Origin: Lama glama
Lineage: Eukaryota
Direction: 5' to 3'
Length of the DNA: 64,000 bases
Assembly: GCA_028534125.1 (NCBI GenBank)
Contig: CM052817.1
Span: 65,102,001 to 65,166,000 of the forward strand
Numbering within the stretch: position 1 is the first letter of the stretch; every line of letters begins with the position of its first letter. The notes beneath the pieces are model-generated. The model saw nothing but the letters and a program-made list of their open reading frames with translations. It made no database searches and was not told where the DNA came from. The translations under genes were made by a program, and so were the position numbers. Positions 14,341 through 26,999 of this stretch are shown piece by piece.

Positions 14341-14515
14341 GAGGAGGGTATAGCTTAAGTGGTAGAGTGTATGCTTAGCATGCTCAGAGTCCTGGGTTCA
14401 ATCCCCAGTACCTCCTCTAAAATTAAACAAACCTAATTACCCCCTCTGCCAAAATTAAAAAAAATTAAATAGTATAACAATAAATAAACAAAAGGATAAA
14501 ATATATTTTTAAAAA
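14341..14515 (+). mobile_element. tRNA-derived SINE (Vic-1-like)
   Basis: gaggagggtatagcttaagtggtagagtgtatgcttagcatgctcagagtcctgggttcaatccccagtacctcc + aaacctaattaccccc + A-rich tail. Confidence 0.9.
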
Positions 14516-14589
14516 CCCTACCATCAAGCTATCATTATTCTGTAAATGCTTTAAACAGACTTCAGATCTCATTGAAAAGCATCCCAAGG

Positions 14590-14736
14590 AAGGGAGGTTA
14601 TAGCTCAGTAGTAGAGTGACTGCCTAGCGTGCACAAAGTCCTGGGTTCAATCCCCAGGACCTCCATTAGTAAATAAATAAATATATAAACCTAGTTACCT
14701 CCCCCTAAAAAAAAAAGACCCTCCAAAAATTTTTAA
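14590..14736 (+). mobile_element. tRNA-derived SINE (Vic-1-like)
   Basis: agggaggttatagctcagtagtagagtgactgcctagcgtgcacaaagtcctgggttcaatccccaggacctcc; TSD aaaagcatcccaagg (14575-14589) / aaaagaattccaagg (14737-14751). Confidence 0.9.
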
Positions 14737-15005
14737 AAAAGAATTCCAAGGAATGTCTGAAGCCTTTACATTTTCAAATTTTGTCGATCAAATTTTGTCA
14801 CTTCAAATAAGTACAAATAAGTAGTCTATTGGCTCAAACTGAATCTTATGCTAAAATATTCATCCCCAAAGTAATTACAGGCAAAATGTATTTAAGAACT
14901 TGTGGCCATGTAGAGATTTCACCCATTAAAATGAATTAGAATTTTGGCTGTCACCTAACGTCAAGTTTTTGACAGCCTCACTTTTAGTTCCTCCAATTGT
15001 CCTCT

Positions 15006-15061
15006 TTTTTTTTTTTTTCCAGTTTGCGGTGTAATGGACATATACCATATTAGTTTTAGGT
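15006..15061 (-). mobile_element. Very short L1 3'-end insertion
   Basis: Poly-T followed by an L1 3'-like ...catataccatattagttttagg; TSD tccaattgtcctct (14992-15005) / tccaactgtcctct (15062-15075). Confidence 0.65.
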
Positions 15062-16579
15062 TCCAACTGTCCTCTGAAGGAATTCTGTAGTGAGAAGATT
15101 TGAACATGTTTGGGAAATTGTCCAGTGAATGGGCAAATAACTCAGTGGGATTTCTTATAAAATGTTTTTCTTGGCCATCGCTTTTAGCTAGCAAATCCAT
15201 TTCTGACACAGGATGGAGGCATCTCTACCTCAAAGAGGAAATATGCTAAAGAGATAGACATTAGGAAATGTAGATTTAGAAAACAGAGAGCTAAGAGACC
15301 TACATATAAAGTTCCTTCTACAGATGGGCTTACGTTGACTTTTTCTTATCAGGACAAAATATCATTCCATGGGGCCGTCACTGCAGGGCCTCTCAGCCGC
15401 AGAGCAGGGCTCTTGCTCAAAGTCTTTGTACACCTTTACTAAAGAGGTGTACTTAGTTCACTGACATTAGTGACAATATTTATGTAATCGCTGGTGTCCC
15501 CCTTCCTCTCCAACTGCCCTGGATTGTGGGCCCCTGGCAGCAGCAATGATCCCCAGGGACCTAGATTTCTGTTATCTGAAATAAATTGAAAGTAATGGAA
15601 AGTTATATTTGAGCAACAAGAAAATCACACCACAGAGGATACATCACAAGTTTGACTTTATAGATCTCAATGGCTTCATGACAACTACTCATGTGTTTTA
15701 AGCTCTGCTGTTGTCAAGCCTGTTTTGACTGTTTCTTGTGTCTAATGTGAGCAGGACTCCCAGCCGGCCCATGAGACATGACTGTTATTAATCCTACTTT
15801 AGAGGTCAGAAAACCATGACTCAGACTGGTTATGTAACTTGCCCAAGGTTGCACAGCTAGTAAGAGGAATCACCTGGAAAGGGACTCAAGGGCCACAATC
15901 CCAATCACCACACTGGACTGTCCCTATCAAGACACTGAAAAGAACAGGGAAGAGCTGTCATTAGGAGAAAGCAGCGAGGTGCAGAACAGAGCAGTGCGCC
16001 TGGAATGCTCTTATTTCCGTAGAACTGGGGTGGAGGACGTGCCGGCATGCCTCCAGACCCACAGGACATCTTCTAGGAGGAAGCGCAGGGAAACAGTTAA
16101 CATTGGTGTTCTCTGGGGAAAGGAACAGTGCGACTGAGGACTAAGGGGGGAGAAAGAAAGCTTTATTTTTATTCTGTCTTCCTTTGGACTATGTAGGGTT
16201 TTTCCCTACCATGGATATTTGTTACCTTTTCTGATGTGTTTCTGGCGTGTGTTTTTTTTCAAACACATGCATCAATTGGAATCTCCTTGGGACTTCCCCA
16301 GCTCTGCAGATATTTGTCAGTTTGAAACAATATTTGATGGGGCTTGCATCTCAGTATAAAATGTCTGAATTCCTTTTGTTCTACTTCCTTTGCCTTGTGA
16401 CAGTGGGCTCTGGTATAATAACTCGGTGGTTTTCCACACTGCAAAATGTGGTACCACACTTGAGAAAGAGGATATGAGAGAGAGATCAGAAGAAAGAAAG
16501 AAAAATGGCCAAAGTCTATTCTTGCGGTTACTTTTGACTTGGACTTTTTAAAAAAGAGTTTTCTATGTACAAAGTAACG

Positions 16580-16964
16580 TGTGTCTGTTTGCTAGGGCTG
16601 CCATGACAAGGTACCACAAAATGGGTGGCTTAAACAGAGGAAACTGTCTCACTGTTCTGGAGGCTAGAAGCCCCAAGTCAAGGTGTCAGCAGGGCTGGTT
16701 CCTCCTGAGGGCTGGGAAGGGGATCCGTTCCAGCCCGCTCTCTTTGACTTGCAGACGGCCGTCTTCATGTTCGTGTGGTGTTCTCCCCATTTGCAAGTCC
16801 GTCTCCAAAGTCCTCTTTTCACCAGTCCTGTTGCATTAGGCCCCACCTAATGACCTCATTCTAACTTGCTAAAGACCCTGTCTCCAAATAAGGCCACATT
16901 CTGAAGAACTGGGGATTAGGACGTCGAGGTGTGCATTTGGGGGGATACAGTTCAATTCCTGACA
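16580..16964 (-). mobile_element. ERVL-MaLR solo LTR (MLT1A-C-like)
   Basis: tgtgtctgtttgctagggctgccatgacaaggtaccacaaaatgggtggcttaaac...ttctggaggctagaag...ggggatacagttcaattcctgaca. Confidence 0.85.
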
Positions 16965-17161
16965 CTCTGCTATTAGGCAGCCCTCCCCTCTCCCCTCCAG
17001 CCTCACCCCGCGATTTCCTTCTCTTGATAAGTTTTGGCTGAGAGTCTGGTCTTGGGGCTAGCAGTGCGGACAGCATTGCTGAGGTAATTTCAGAGAAGAA
17101 AACCCAGTGCAGGAAGAGCCCCTGCCGTTGGCCCTAAGTGACAGTCTCTCTCTCCTCCCAG

Positions 17162-17284
17162 GTGGTACCACAGCAACCTCACGCGGCACGCGGCCGAGGC
17201 CCTTCTCCTCTCCAATGGGTGTGACGGGAGCTACCTGCTGCGGGACAGCAATGAAAGGACCGGGCTGTACTCTCTCTCTGTGAG
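17162..17284 (+). CDS. DAPP1: DAPP1/Bam32 coding exon 2 (SH2 N-terminal half)
   Basis: cag|G TGG TAC CAC...GTG AG|gtaggc; 123 bp; translates WYHSNLTRHAAEALLLSNGCDGSYLLRDSNERTGLYSLSVR. Confidence 0.97.
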
Positions 17285-18477
17285 GTAGGCTGCGTAAGAG
17301 CCCTTCTAGGAATTCTACAGGGTCCCCTCTCTTACTTGTACGGACACTGACTTCATCATCACACTCAAACGGCCAGGAAACCAAATTCTCTTGATTCCTG
17401 GTAGACCAGCAGGTCCAAGGATCCCAAGCTCTGAATGGTGAGACTGTAAAAAACACTCTTGCTCCTTCCATTGGCGGGGAACAAATGCTATCGCTGAAGG
17501 AGATTTTGTGAATTGTTTAATCCAAAACTCTTGCTTGACTGATGAAGAAATTGAAACCCAAAGTGGTAAAGTGTCTTCCACTCAATAAATCAGGATAGAA
17601 GCAGCACCGGAGACCACATCCCTGAAATCTGGCCCAGTGCTCTTTTCATTATGCCTTGCTTCCTCTGGAAAATCAGAATGATGTGTGGCTGTGCAACTTT
17701 CATAATCACAAATTCAAGCAAGCAGTATGCAACTTTTTTTTTTCTATAAACGGACTAACCTTTCTCAAAGCTCCATTTCCTCTGACTCTTAAGAAAGTTA
17801 AGCAAGTTCCCCCCAGGTACGCCCAGCTCAAAACAGTGATTGTCCAGCCCTTCCAGGGTTTCTCTCCCACCCCCTTCCTCCTGGCTGGCATACCTTTCAG
17901 AGAAGGTGATGTGGCCATGTGATAATCAGGAGAAGTCACTGGTTATCAGTCAGCATCTGTCACCTTGGCTTTCACTGACATATAGCAAGTCTTTTTGGGT
18001 TCACAGGCATTTGCTCCAGGATCAGAATGGGGATGTGATGACTCCATGAAATTGCCATTAACGTCAAACCATTCTTGTTTTATTACTGTTCTTTTTTTGT
18101 TTTGTTTATTACTGTTTCCATGGTGTCTCCATATACCCTTGAAAGGAAGTCACAGGTTCCCTTCATGTTTCAGTCCCTTATGATGATTGGGCATAAGAAG
18201 GTTTTCTCTTTTCGTTTCTGCTCTACATGGTTCAGGTCTCCCTGTCGTAACTCAGTAGCGACAGCTACATTCTCTCCTCTCTAAATTCTCTTTTCCATCC
18301 AGCTCAACAATAGTTTTGTTTTTTTTTCTTATTTCCTTTCCCTTTGATGTAGGGAAAATGGGCTACAAAAATATTTCTGTAAATAATTGATGGCAGGCTT
18401 CTATGAACCTCAGAAGCCAAGAATTAACATATTTAACTAACATACTGTCTTATATTGTCTTTGGGCTTGGAGCATTC

Positions 18478-19090
18478 TGTATTAGTCTTTTATGATACGT
18501 AAGAAATTACTGAAAAACGTAGTGGCTAGGAACAACAGCAATTGATTATCTCACAGTTTCTGTACATCAGAAGCCCAGGCATAATGTGGCGAGATTCTCT
18601 GTTTGGGGTCTGGCCAGGGTGGCATAAAGGTATTGGCTGAGGCTGTGGCTTAACTGGGGCTCAGGGTCCTCTTCCTTCATTTCCTCCTCTCTTCTTTATT
18701 TCTTTTCATTTCTTCCCTTGCTGCTGTAGGACTGAGTGCCCCATTTTCCTGGACACTCTCAGCTCCTGGAGGTTCCTTGCCATGTGGCCCCTGTGGGGAG
18801 TTCACAACATGGATGTTTGCTTTCCTCCAGGCCAGCTCCAGTGTGTCTCTGTAATCTCTTCTCCTGCCACCAGCCAGAGAAAACTCTCAGCTTTTACAAA
18901 CCTCTTGCAATTAGGTCATGCGCATCCAAATAATTTCCCTCCTTTAAGGTCAACTGATTTAAAGCCTTAATTATCTACAAAATTCTTTCACAGCAGCATC
19001 CACATTAGCATTTTAATGAATGAATGGGAGAAGGTGTGTCGCTCCAGGGGCCGAGAATCATGGGGGCCATGTTAGAATTTTGTCTGACAT
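18478..19090 (-). mobile_element. ERVL-MaLR LTR remnant (older MLT1)
   Basis: tgtattagtc...agtggctaggaacaacagcaattgattatctcacagtttctgt...ggggccatgttagaattttgtctgaca. Confidence 0.7.
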
Positions 19091-19247
19091 AGCTTCCATT
19101 CCAGGGAACAGGGCAAGTCTCCAGGCAACTTTAAAGGGAGTGGCAGAAATAGGTGGGAAGGTAATGGGGTAAATAAGAGGGTAATGGATCACAGAGAAAA
19201 AACACAGTTTTCATGTTACTCTACTATATTTTGTTTATAAATTTTCT

Positions 19248-19366
19248 CTCTCTCTCTCCCTTCCTCTTCCTCTCTCTCTCTTTTTCTCTCTTTCTTTCTT
19301 TAATGGAGGTACTAAGGATTGAACCCAAGACCTTGTGCATACTAAGTGTGCACTCTACCACTGAGC
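19248..19366 (-). mobile_element. 5'-truncated Vic-1-like SINE with GA-rich tail
   Basis: taatggaggtactaaggattgaacccaagaccttgtgcatactaagtgtgcactctaccactgagc; TSD tgtttataaattttct (19232-19247) / tgtttatacattttct (19367-19382). Confidence 0.85.
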
Positions 19367-19639
19367 TGTTTATACATTTTCTAAATAACATTTTTGGGAA
19401 AATTATTAATCAAGAATGGAATTCTGTTTGGGTGGAAGCAGGAATTGAGATTTCTCTGATCAACAGCAAATGTTAAAGTTTCATTAAGTGGTTAGATTGT
19501 TGATCCTTTATTGCATGGATCCCCTAAAATCTCAAACAAACCTGCATAATTATTGTATCAAAGAATGTTAACTTTTCACTTATGTCTTTCTCATCTGAGC
19601 AGTTAGACCATAAGCTCCTTACAAAGATTTAGCATATAT

Positions 19640-19744
19640 ATTATATCTATATAAAAAAAATTTAATGGAGGTACTGGGGATTGAACCCAGGACCTTGTAT
19701 ATGCCAAGCATGTGCTCTACAACTGAGCTATAACCACCTTCCCT
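19640..19744 (-). mobile_element. tRNA-derived SINE (Vic-1-like)
   Basis: tttaatggaggtactggggattgaacccaggaccttgtatatgccaagcatgtgctctacaactgagctataaccaccttccct. Confidence 0.9.
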
Positions 19745-20247
19745 ATTCAAAGATTTTAAATATAAATCATTAATTTCTATTATAAGCAGTTGGGAATGCT
19801 TTAAAAGATAATAACCACCAGAAAAGGTGAGAAGAACCACAGACCAGCTCAGGAGAATGACTGTTTTTATTCATTTGTTCATTCACTTTCCTAATAATAA
19901 ATATTTCAGAGCATCCTCTCTGCCAACCACTTTAGTAAGTGTTGTAGAAGATTCAAAGACCTGTCTTCAGGAAGTATAGCCTTGCAGGGGCAGTAAGACC
20001 ATATGGGAATACTAAAGTAGCGTGCTGTAAATGACGTAAAGAAAGTAAGCTAAGTGCCTGGGTTGTTGAGAAGAGAAAAGGCAAGAAACTCAAGCTGGAA
20101 GTACCATGCAACCCTTGACAGAGTAAGTGGCATTTGAACTGACACCTGATCAGAAAAAACATGGCAGAAATTGCAGGTGAAGGGAACTGTACAAGCCAAG
20201 GGACAAAGGCAGAAACTCATAAAAGAATAGTAGCCCCGGTTGGACGA

Positions 20248-20415
20248 CAGCAGTTCCCAAGACGTGGTCCCCATACCAGTAGCATCAGCAGAGAATGTGT
20301 TAGGAATACAAATCTCAGGCTCTGCCACAGATCTACCAAATCAGAAATTCAGGGGGTACAGCCCAGAAATTTGGGCCCTCCAGGCGATTCTGATTTCTGA
20401 TGCTCGCTAAAGGTA
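20248..20415. mobile_element. hAT-Charlie MITE (MER5A-like) within L2-like sequence
   Basis: cagcagttcccaag..gtggtcccc..accagtagcatcagc...aatacaaatctcaggctctgccacagatctaccaaatcagaa...ccctccaggcgattctgat. Confidence 0.7.
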
Positions 20416-21006
20416 GGGCCTGCCGTGCAAGACAGGAAGAGCGGAAGTGAGGCTAGAGAGATCGGGTGGGGTCACATCAGGTATACAGACATTTTTTTAA
20501 ATTTAATATTCTGTCTTATTTCCAAAATGAGGTGGAGAATGACAATGTAGGAAATTTGATATTTTATTCAGTAGGCAGTGGCATAGGCGTAGGAAGGAAA
20601 GGGCTAGGTTGACGTAACTGATTGACAGAAACTGAATTCGAACTGACTCTCAAACAAGTGAGGGAGAAGAACCAAGCACAGAGGAGAACTGGGGGAGGAT
20701 GTGACCTGCCATTTCTATGGGCTTTCTTCCTGCCTTTCTTAAGCTCATGCCCCTTAGGAGATTAATATTCAAGGACTCGTTTGCTGAGTCAGGGAATACC
20801 TAGGGAGGACTGTCTCCTGTCTTTCATTGGAGTGAAAAATTGAGAAGCGTGTGCTGTGCTTTAAATGCCAATGGTTTCAGTGATTCTGTCATAACTCTCA
20901 GTTTTTAGAAGGGTTTAATGCTGATGCTAATGCCTAGGGTTATATTTCCCTTCAAAAAAGACATTCGTTGCTTAAATAACATTAAACATTTTTTTGTCCC
21001 TTTCAG

Positions 21007-21140
21007 AGCCAAAGACTCTGTCAAACACTTTCATGTTGAATACACCGGATATTCATTTAAATTTGGCTTTAATGAATTCTCATCTTTGAAGGATTTTGTC
21101 AAGCATTTTGCAAATCAGCCTTTGATTGGAAGTGAGACAG
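21007..21140 (+). CDS. DAPP1: DAPP1 coding exon 3 (SH2 C-terminal half)
   Basis: tttcag|A GCC AAA...ACA G|gtaagc; 134 bp; AKDSVKHFHVEYTGYSFKFGFNEFSSLKDFVKHFANQPLIGSET. Confidence 0.98.
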
Positions 21141-22842
21141 GTAAGCTACGAACAGATACTTGACCTATGAGATATTATTTCAGGATAAAGGCGGGACAAA
21201 GCAGATTTCAGTTAAATAGTGGTCACTTCTGTTGAATTCTGTGCAATACAATATGCAATTGGATATGTTCAGAAACAATTTTCTCAGTTACTGCACTGCA
21301 TACTATATTAATAAAATACATAAATATATATTTCAGTTTATATATATTTCAGTATTACTTTAGGAGAAAACAATGTGTTTTGTACAAAATAGATTTTTTC
21401 TTTTTACATGTTATTCAATGGATTGATTAAAAGCACACATTTCTTTAAAATGGCCTATTTGTTTTATAGTGATATATACAATGAACAAAGAAAGAACAAA
21501 GGAAAAAACAGCTTTTCGATTCTTAATTAAGTTTAAGTGTGGGTAGTTCGCATATTGGGAAGACCTAAATATGATCATTTTGAACAGTTTTTGAGCATTT
21601 TTTAAAATGAAATTTATACTTAAATTTTCACAAGGATCATTGAATACAGAAAATACTGACTAGAAATAACTCTCCTGAACAATTCTGTAATTTCATCATA
21701 AAATTCTGTTTCTCCTGCCTTGGTTTCTTATAAGTTTTTAAATGGGAAGTAAGTATGGCTGAAAAGGTTTGAAATTTCCTTTTTGGGTGTTTAGAGTCAA
21801 ACCAGAAAATTCAAGTTAAGAAACAAACACACAAGCTTGGGATTTGAATTAGCCAACTCATTTGCCTGTACTATTTAAATAAAGTAAGCAAATGAATTCC
21901 TCGGTATTTGTGATATAGAATCACAATTTTATATGTCCTAACTGATGATAATCCTCAGTGAATCAAAAGTTGGGCAATTCCAAGAACCAAGCTCAAGAGG
22001 AGCTGAAGCCTTAATAACCCAGCGGACTGCAGCGAATTTGTACACCCCCTTTTCATGGGAAACTTGGTCAGCAGGGGAATTTTGTTAACCACACTGGGGA
22101 GAGATGCCACCATTGCCTTTCCTTTTCTGCTACTTTTGTGGCCCAAAAAGACCCCGATCTGAATCACACAGTGTCGAGGAGGGCCGAGAAGTACAGCGGA
22201 AACCACAAAAGAGCTGCCTTACTTTCTACTGACCATACAAGGTTTTAATAGTATATTCCAAACCATAAAATTGAAGTTATCATCTTTTTTTCCTTTTGGA
22301 AATTCTCCTAATCAGCCTTGAAAATTACTTTACCACTTAACCAGCAGTAGCTTTCGTAAACAAAGGGCAGGTGGGAATCAATTTATTTCCAGGTCTACGT
22401 TGGCCTCGGCAGACATTTCAGTTTCTCAAATCCCTTCCCTTCGGACTTATTTCCTGGTGGGGTCCAACCCTACACTCATTTTTGTTCAAGTTTTGGTCAC
22501 TGGCAATGGAAAAGGGATGTTGAAGCCAGGGATTGTTGTCCTTCCCCATGTCCCCCTGGTCCTGGCACAGTGCATGGCGCTTTGGGTGAGTGAATGAATA
22601 AATGAAGGGATAGATGGCTGCAGGTTGCAGCTCTTTGTATCCTTCAAAGCCTTCATAACTGTTATCTCCCAGCATCCTCGTCTTTCTCCAAGCAAAGTCA
22701 GCTCCCTTCTTTTAAACTCTCCTCTAGAATCTAGTTTCAATCCTTTTGATCATTTTCTGTGCTCCTTCCTGGACTTTCTCCAAGTTAAGGAACAGTACAT
22801 ATTCTGCTCACCAGCAGGTTTCAAAACTCCCTTTTTAAAAGT

Positions 22843-23322
22843 TTTTTTTGTTTCATTTTTATTTTTAATTGAATTATAACTGACGTACAATATTGTATAA
22901 GTTACAGGCATACAATAAAATGATTCACAATTTTTGAAGGTTTTACTCCATTTATACTTATTATAACATATTGGCTGTATTTCCAGTGTTGGACAGTACA
23001 TCCTTGTAGCTTATTTCATACCTAACAGTTTGAACCTCTTAATCCCCTGCTTCCATGTTACCCCTCCCCTCACCCCTCTCCCCATTGGTAACCTCTAGTT
23101 TGTTCTCTATATCTGAGTCCACTTCTTTTTTGTTATTTTCACAAATTTATTGTATTTTTTAGATTCCACATGTAAGTGATATCACACAGTATTTGTCTTT
23201 CTCTGTCTGACTTGTTTCACTTTGCATAATGCCTTCCAGTTTCATCTATGTTGCAGCAAAATTTCATTTTTTTGTGTGGCTGAGTGGAATACTATTGTGT
23301 GTGTATATGTACCACATCTTCT
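22843..23322 (-). mobile_element. L1 3'-end fragment
   Basis: T-rich tail, then aattgaattataactgacgtacaatattgtataagttacagg...ttagattccacatgtaagtgatatcacacagtatttgtctttctctgtctgac. Confidence 0.85.
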
Positions 23323-25929
23323 TTGAGAGCAAAGTGAATGCAGTATTTTCTGGTTGAACTTTTCTGGCACCGATCTAATCACTAGATAAAGGCTCCACAA
23401 GACTGCTCCAAAGTAAAGGCTATTCAATGTTACATTTGGGACAATGTTAAGTTTCCCTGTAAATACACTAATCTGACTAAAGAAGGTTTGTGATTAATGC
23501 ACTAGGGATTATAAAGATTTGTAATCCAGAATCCTATAGTAGTTATCTTCAAAGCAAAACTTGCTGTATCATTATCATTGCTATAATTGTTATTTTATTT
23601 ATTATGATACAACTCAGGAAACTAGTATTTTTATCCTCTCCACGGTCTCTTCTGTCCTATTTATTACACAATGGGGAATTTGCTGCTATTTAAGCTCCTG
23701 CTACAGACTCAGGGTGCTGATATATTCTTGACAAACTGGCTTTCAGCCCTTGCGTTAGATTCCAGTAACCTATGAGTATTTCTTTTATCTGTCCCTGCCA
23801 AATGAAGGCAAAGCCACCAAAGCTGGGAACAAGGGGCAAAACTCATGACATATGAGTGTTCCAATTTTGTCCCCTGGGACAAATAGACCTTAGGAAACAA
23901 GATAACGTGCTGAGGTTATGATGACTTTTAAGTCCAGAAGGTCCTTGGAAGTCACAGAGTCAGCACCGCATTGTGAACAACAAATGAAAACTGGGGTTCC
24001 ACTTTCTAAAAACAGATCTCTTCTTGTTTATTCAAGACTTGGCTCCTGGTGTTGGCTGCCAGTGATCAGGAGCCCTCCAGGCTGATGTTTCCTTGTTCAC
24101 CATCAGATGAAGTGCAAATTCTTATTAAAATTTTTGTTCGGTTCAAGATCACAGGGGGAAGCATTTGCCTGCACGATGGATGAGGCCCTGCCAGGGTTCT
24201 CACCTCCAGATCCCTGGAATGGGAGGGACTAGGATTGGGTATTTCAGGCCAATGCTCTCAGTCCAGACCCCAGTCAGACCAGCCTCGCCCTGCAGGGCCC
24301 GGGTAGTGAGTTTATTTAAGAGAGACTTTCACTCATCTGCTGTCAGGGATGGCATCCCCTCTGAGGTCCAAATAGCCAACAACCATACACTTGCGCCGTA
24401 CAGTTTTTTATCTGTTTAATGTCTTCAGTACAGTGAAACCACAATGCGTGTTTCTGGGTCATAAGAAAATATTTGTACTCAGGATAGGTAAAAGCTTTAA
24501 CCTAAAGGGATGAATATTGTTTTAAGATTTTTCTTTTCCTGTTTTATTCCTATTCTCTATTCCTTAAACTGCAGGATTACTGTTTCCTAACCTGAAGAAA
24601 GAGGATTTTGTAAACAAGATCTAACTCTCCTGACAACCTTAAGATTCTATTATTATAATTTTCCTTTGTTATAATCTGCATTTAATCTCTCTAATCTCCA
24701 TCAAAGTTTCTGTTCACTCTAATTTCTCCTTAGTGATACCCATTAACACTGTTAAGATCTTTCTAATTCTCAAAACCCAGTCATCTCCCAAGTGTATCAC
24801 AGAGATACACTATTGTACCCACTTGCTTTTTACTCTCATTGGCCCCTTTACCTTCTAACGTATTTTTAATTCACTTATTAAAAAAAAATCTTCATACTCA
24901 TACGTAAACTCTATGAGAAGAGGGGTTTTTGTTAGTTTATTTTTTCCCTCTGTGTCCCGGCACCTAAAAGAATAAGTGCTAATCATTATTCACAAGGTTC
25001 CGCGGTGGGTGTCGCATTACCAATGCCCACATTGCCGCCTCTACAACACCACAACCAGCAAGCTACTGACAATTTTCACTTCCAAAGTCTATACAAAGCA
25101 TCATTTGAAAATGGCCATTTGTGTTGTGCGTATGCTCAATAATGATTAAATTCTGACTCTGCCTTTCATTCATGATAGTAAGATGTTAGGTAAAACTTCT
25201 ATTCATATTTGTACATGGCTTCTAAATTCAATTCAAATGGATTTGGAAATCTGAGACTTTTTTTAGTATAGATATGTTTGGTCCATTATTGTAATTGGCT
25301 GAGTTTCTTATGTAGTCTTGGAAAATGTAGACAGCTTTTATCTTTATGCTTAAAATGTCTGAATATAATTATTATTATTAATATTATTATTAAAACAAAA
25401 TTGCCTTTCCCATTACCTTTTCTTTATATTGCGGTACTTTTGTCCATGATGGACGAGGACGATGTACAATTTATTATAGAAATTACTGTGTTGTGGCTTT
25501 AATTACCTAACTAGCATGAAAAACTACGGCATAAGTCATGTCCTTGCTTGTGCTTACCCGTGATAGCAGTTTGTTCTCAGTTTTGAAGAGCCTATCTGGT
25601 TCTTTCTTAAATGTCAAATTTCCACTTCTCTTTTTGTTTTGATGTGGGGATTCCCACCCTTTTGATAACTGCTACAGTTATTATTATCTTATTTTGTGAC
25701 ACCCGCCATTTTACCCAGGCGGCATTTAAAAATTTTCACATTAAAATTAATTTTAATTTGAGAACGATGTGACACTTCTGAAAATAATTGTTGACAACTT
25801 GGAATGTTGCCAAACCACAACCAGGAGTCACTTCTTTGTTTGCCAGAAATAGAAATGTTCTTAGCTTGTAGATGAGGTGTGTTTGAAAAAGGGAAGAGCA
25901 GGCAAGGGGATGAAACCAGCCTTCGTGGA

Positions 25930-26150
25930 GAGTTTACTAGGTTCCAGGCATTCTATTAGATGTTTTCACGTATACCAAATTGTTTCACCTGCTGGACCAC
26001 CTCAGTCATGCATAAAGCAGTCCCATTTTCAGATGAGGAAATAAAAACTCAGAGATTTTAAGTTATTTGCTCAAGGTTGCACACCCAGAAAGCATTGGCG
26101 CCGAGACCGGAATCCAGCTAACCTGGTTCTGAACCATGTGTGCTGTCCAT
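25930..26150 (-). mobile_element. MIR SINE remnant
   Basis: cccattttcagatgaggaaataaaaactcagagattttaagttatttgctcaaggttgcacac is the MIR core. Confidence 0.7.
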
Positions 26151-26999
26151 TTGTTTACTGTCTTGGGAAACTGGTCTCCCGTGACACTGCCGTGCACTAT
26201 TGCTCAGCACAGCATGGCCTTGAACAAATTTGGGTGAGAGGTATCCCTGCCACATGATGTAACAGTGTTTGTAGGATCGATGGGGCTACAATACACGTCT
26301 TAGTCCTCAGTCTTTTTAAAGTCTGTGACAGTATTTTTGATATGTGCTGTAAAGCCGCTGTTCTAAAGAATGTCATTCAATTTGAACTCCTGTCTTTGTG
26401 TTTATTGCTGTTCTTATTTTATTTACATGAATTGCCATTGGAGAAATTTTACCAAAGGAAATCACAGAACATGAAAAGAATGACTAGGAAGCATCCTCCC
26501 CATTTCATTCATGCTTCTCCAGCGAGGATATAAAACAGCCTAGGAAAATGTAATAATGTAAAGCAAAATTTAGAGTTTGAAGAGAAGGTGGAGGAGAAGA
26601 AAAATGAGAGGCAAAAATAAAATGACATCCAGAGTAAAGTATTCCAGATGAATATTGTACATTTGCAGAAACAGGATAAACATTTGGTTACTAAGCATCC
26701 TAAAATTTCTTGCCCCTCAGTTTGGGCTTGTGAGTTTAACTAGATTCACAGAATGTTGGAACTGGAAGGGGACTCAGAGACCATTTAATTTTTCCTTTAC
26801 AAACGAAGAAACTGAGGCCTGGTGAGAAATGTTGGAACAAAAACTCACATCTCTTTTTCTCATGCTTCCTCTTAAAGGATCCATTTCTTCGAATTTTAAC
26901 TTATGCATGTGATCTCTTGCCCACAATAGCCAGAGTACAACATTTCACATGCCACAGAGAATTTCCAAGGTGGTGATTTTCACCAAGGCTGAGAAAAAT

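Noticed and set aside
14341..14665. tRNA genes (tRNA-Ala-like A/B boxes)
   Set aside because: A-rich tails, TSDs, divergence and multiple copies show these are SINEs.
1..17161. DAPP1 exon 1 and promoter
   Set aside because: No segment encoding MGRAELL...LLQDLG was found; atggcagagcag near 8930 does not continue as DAPP1. Exon 1 is probably upstream of the window.
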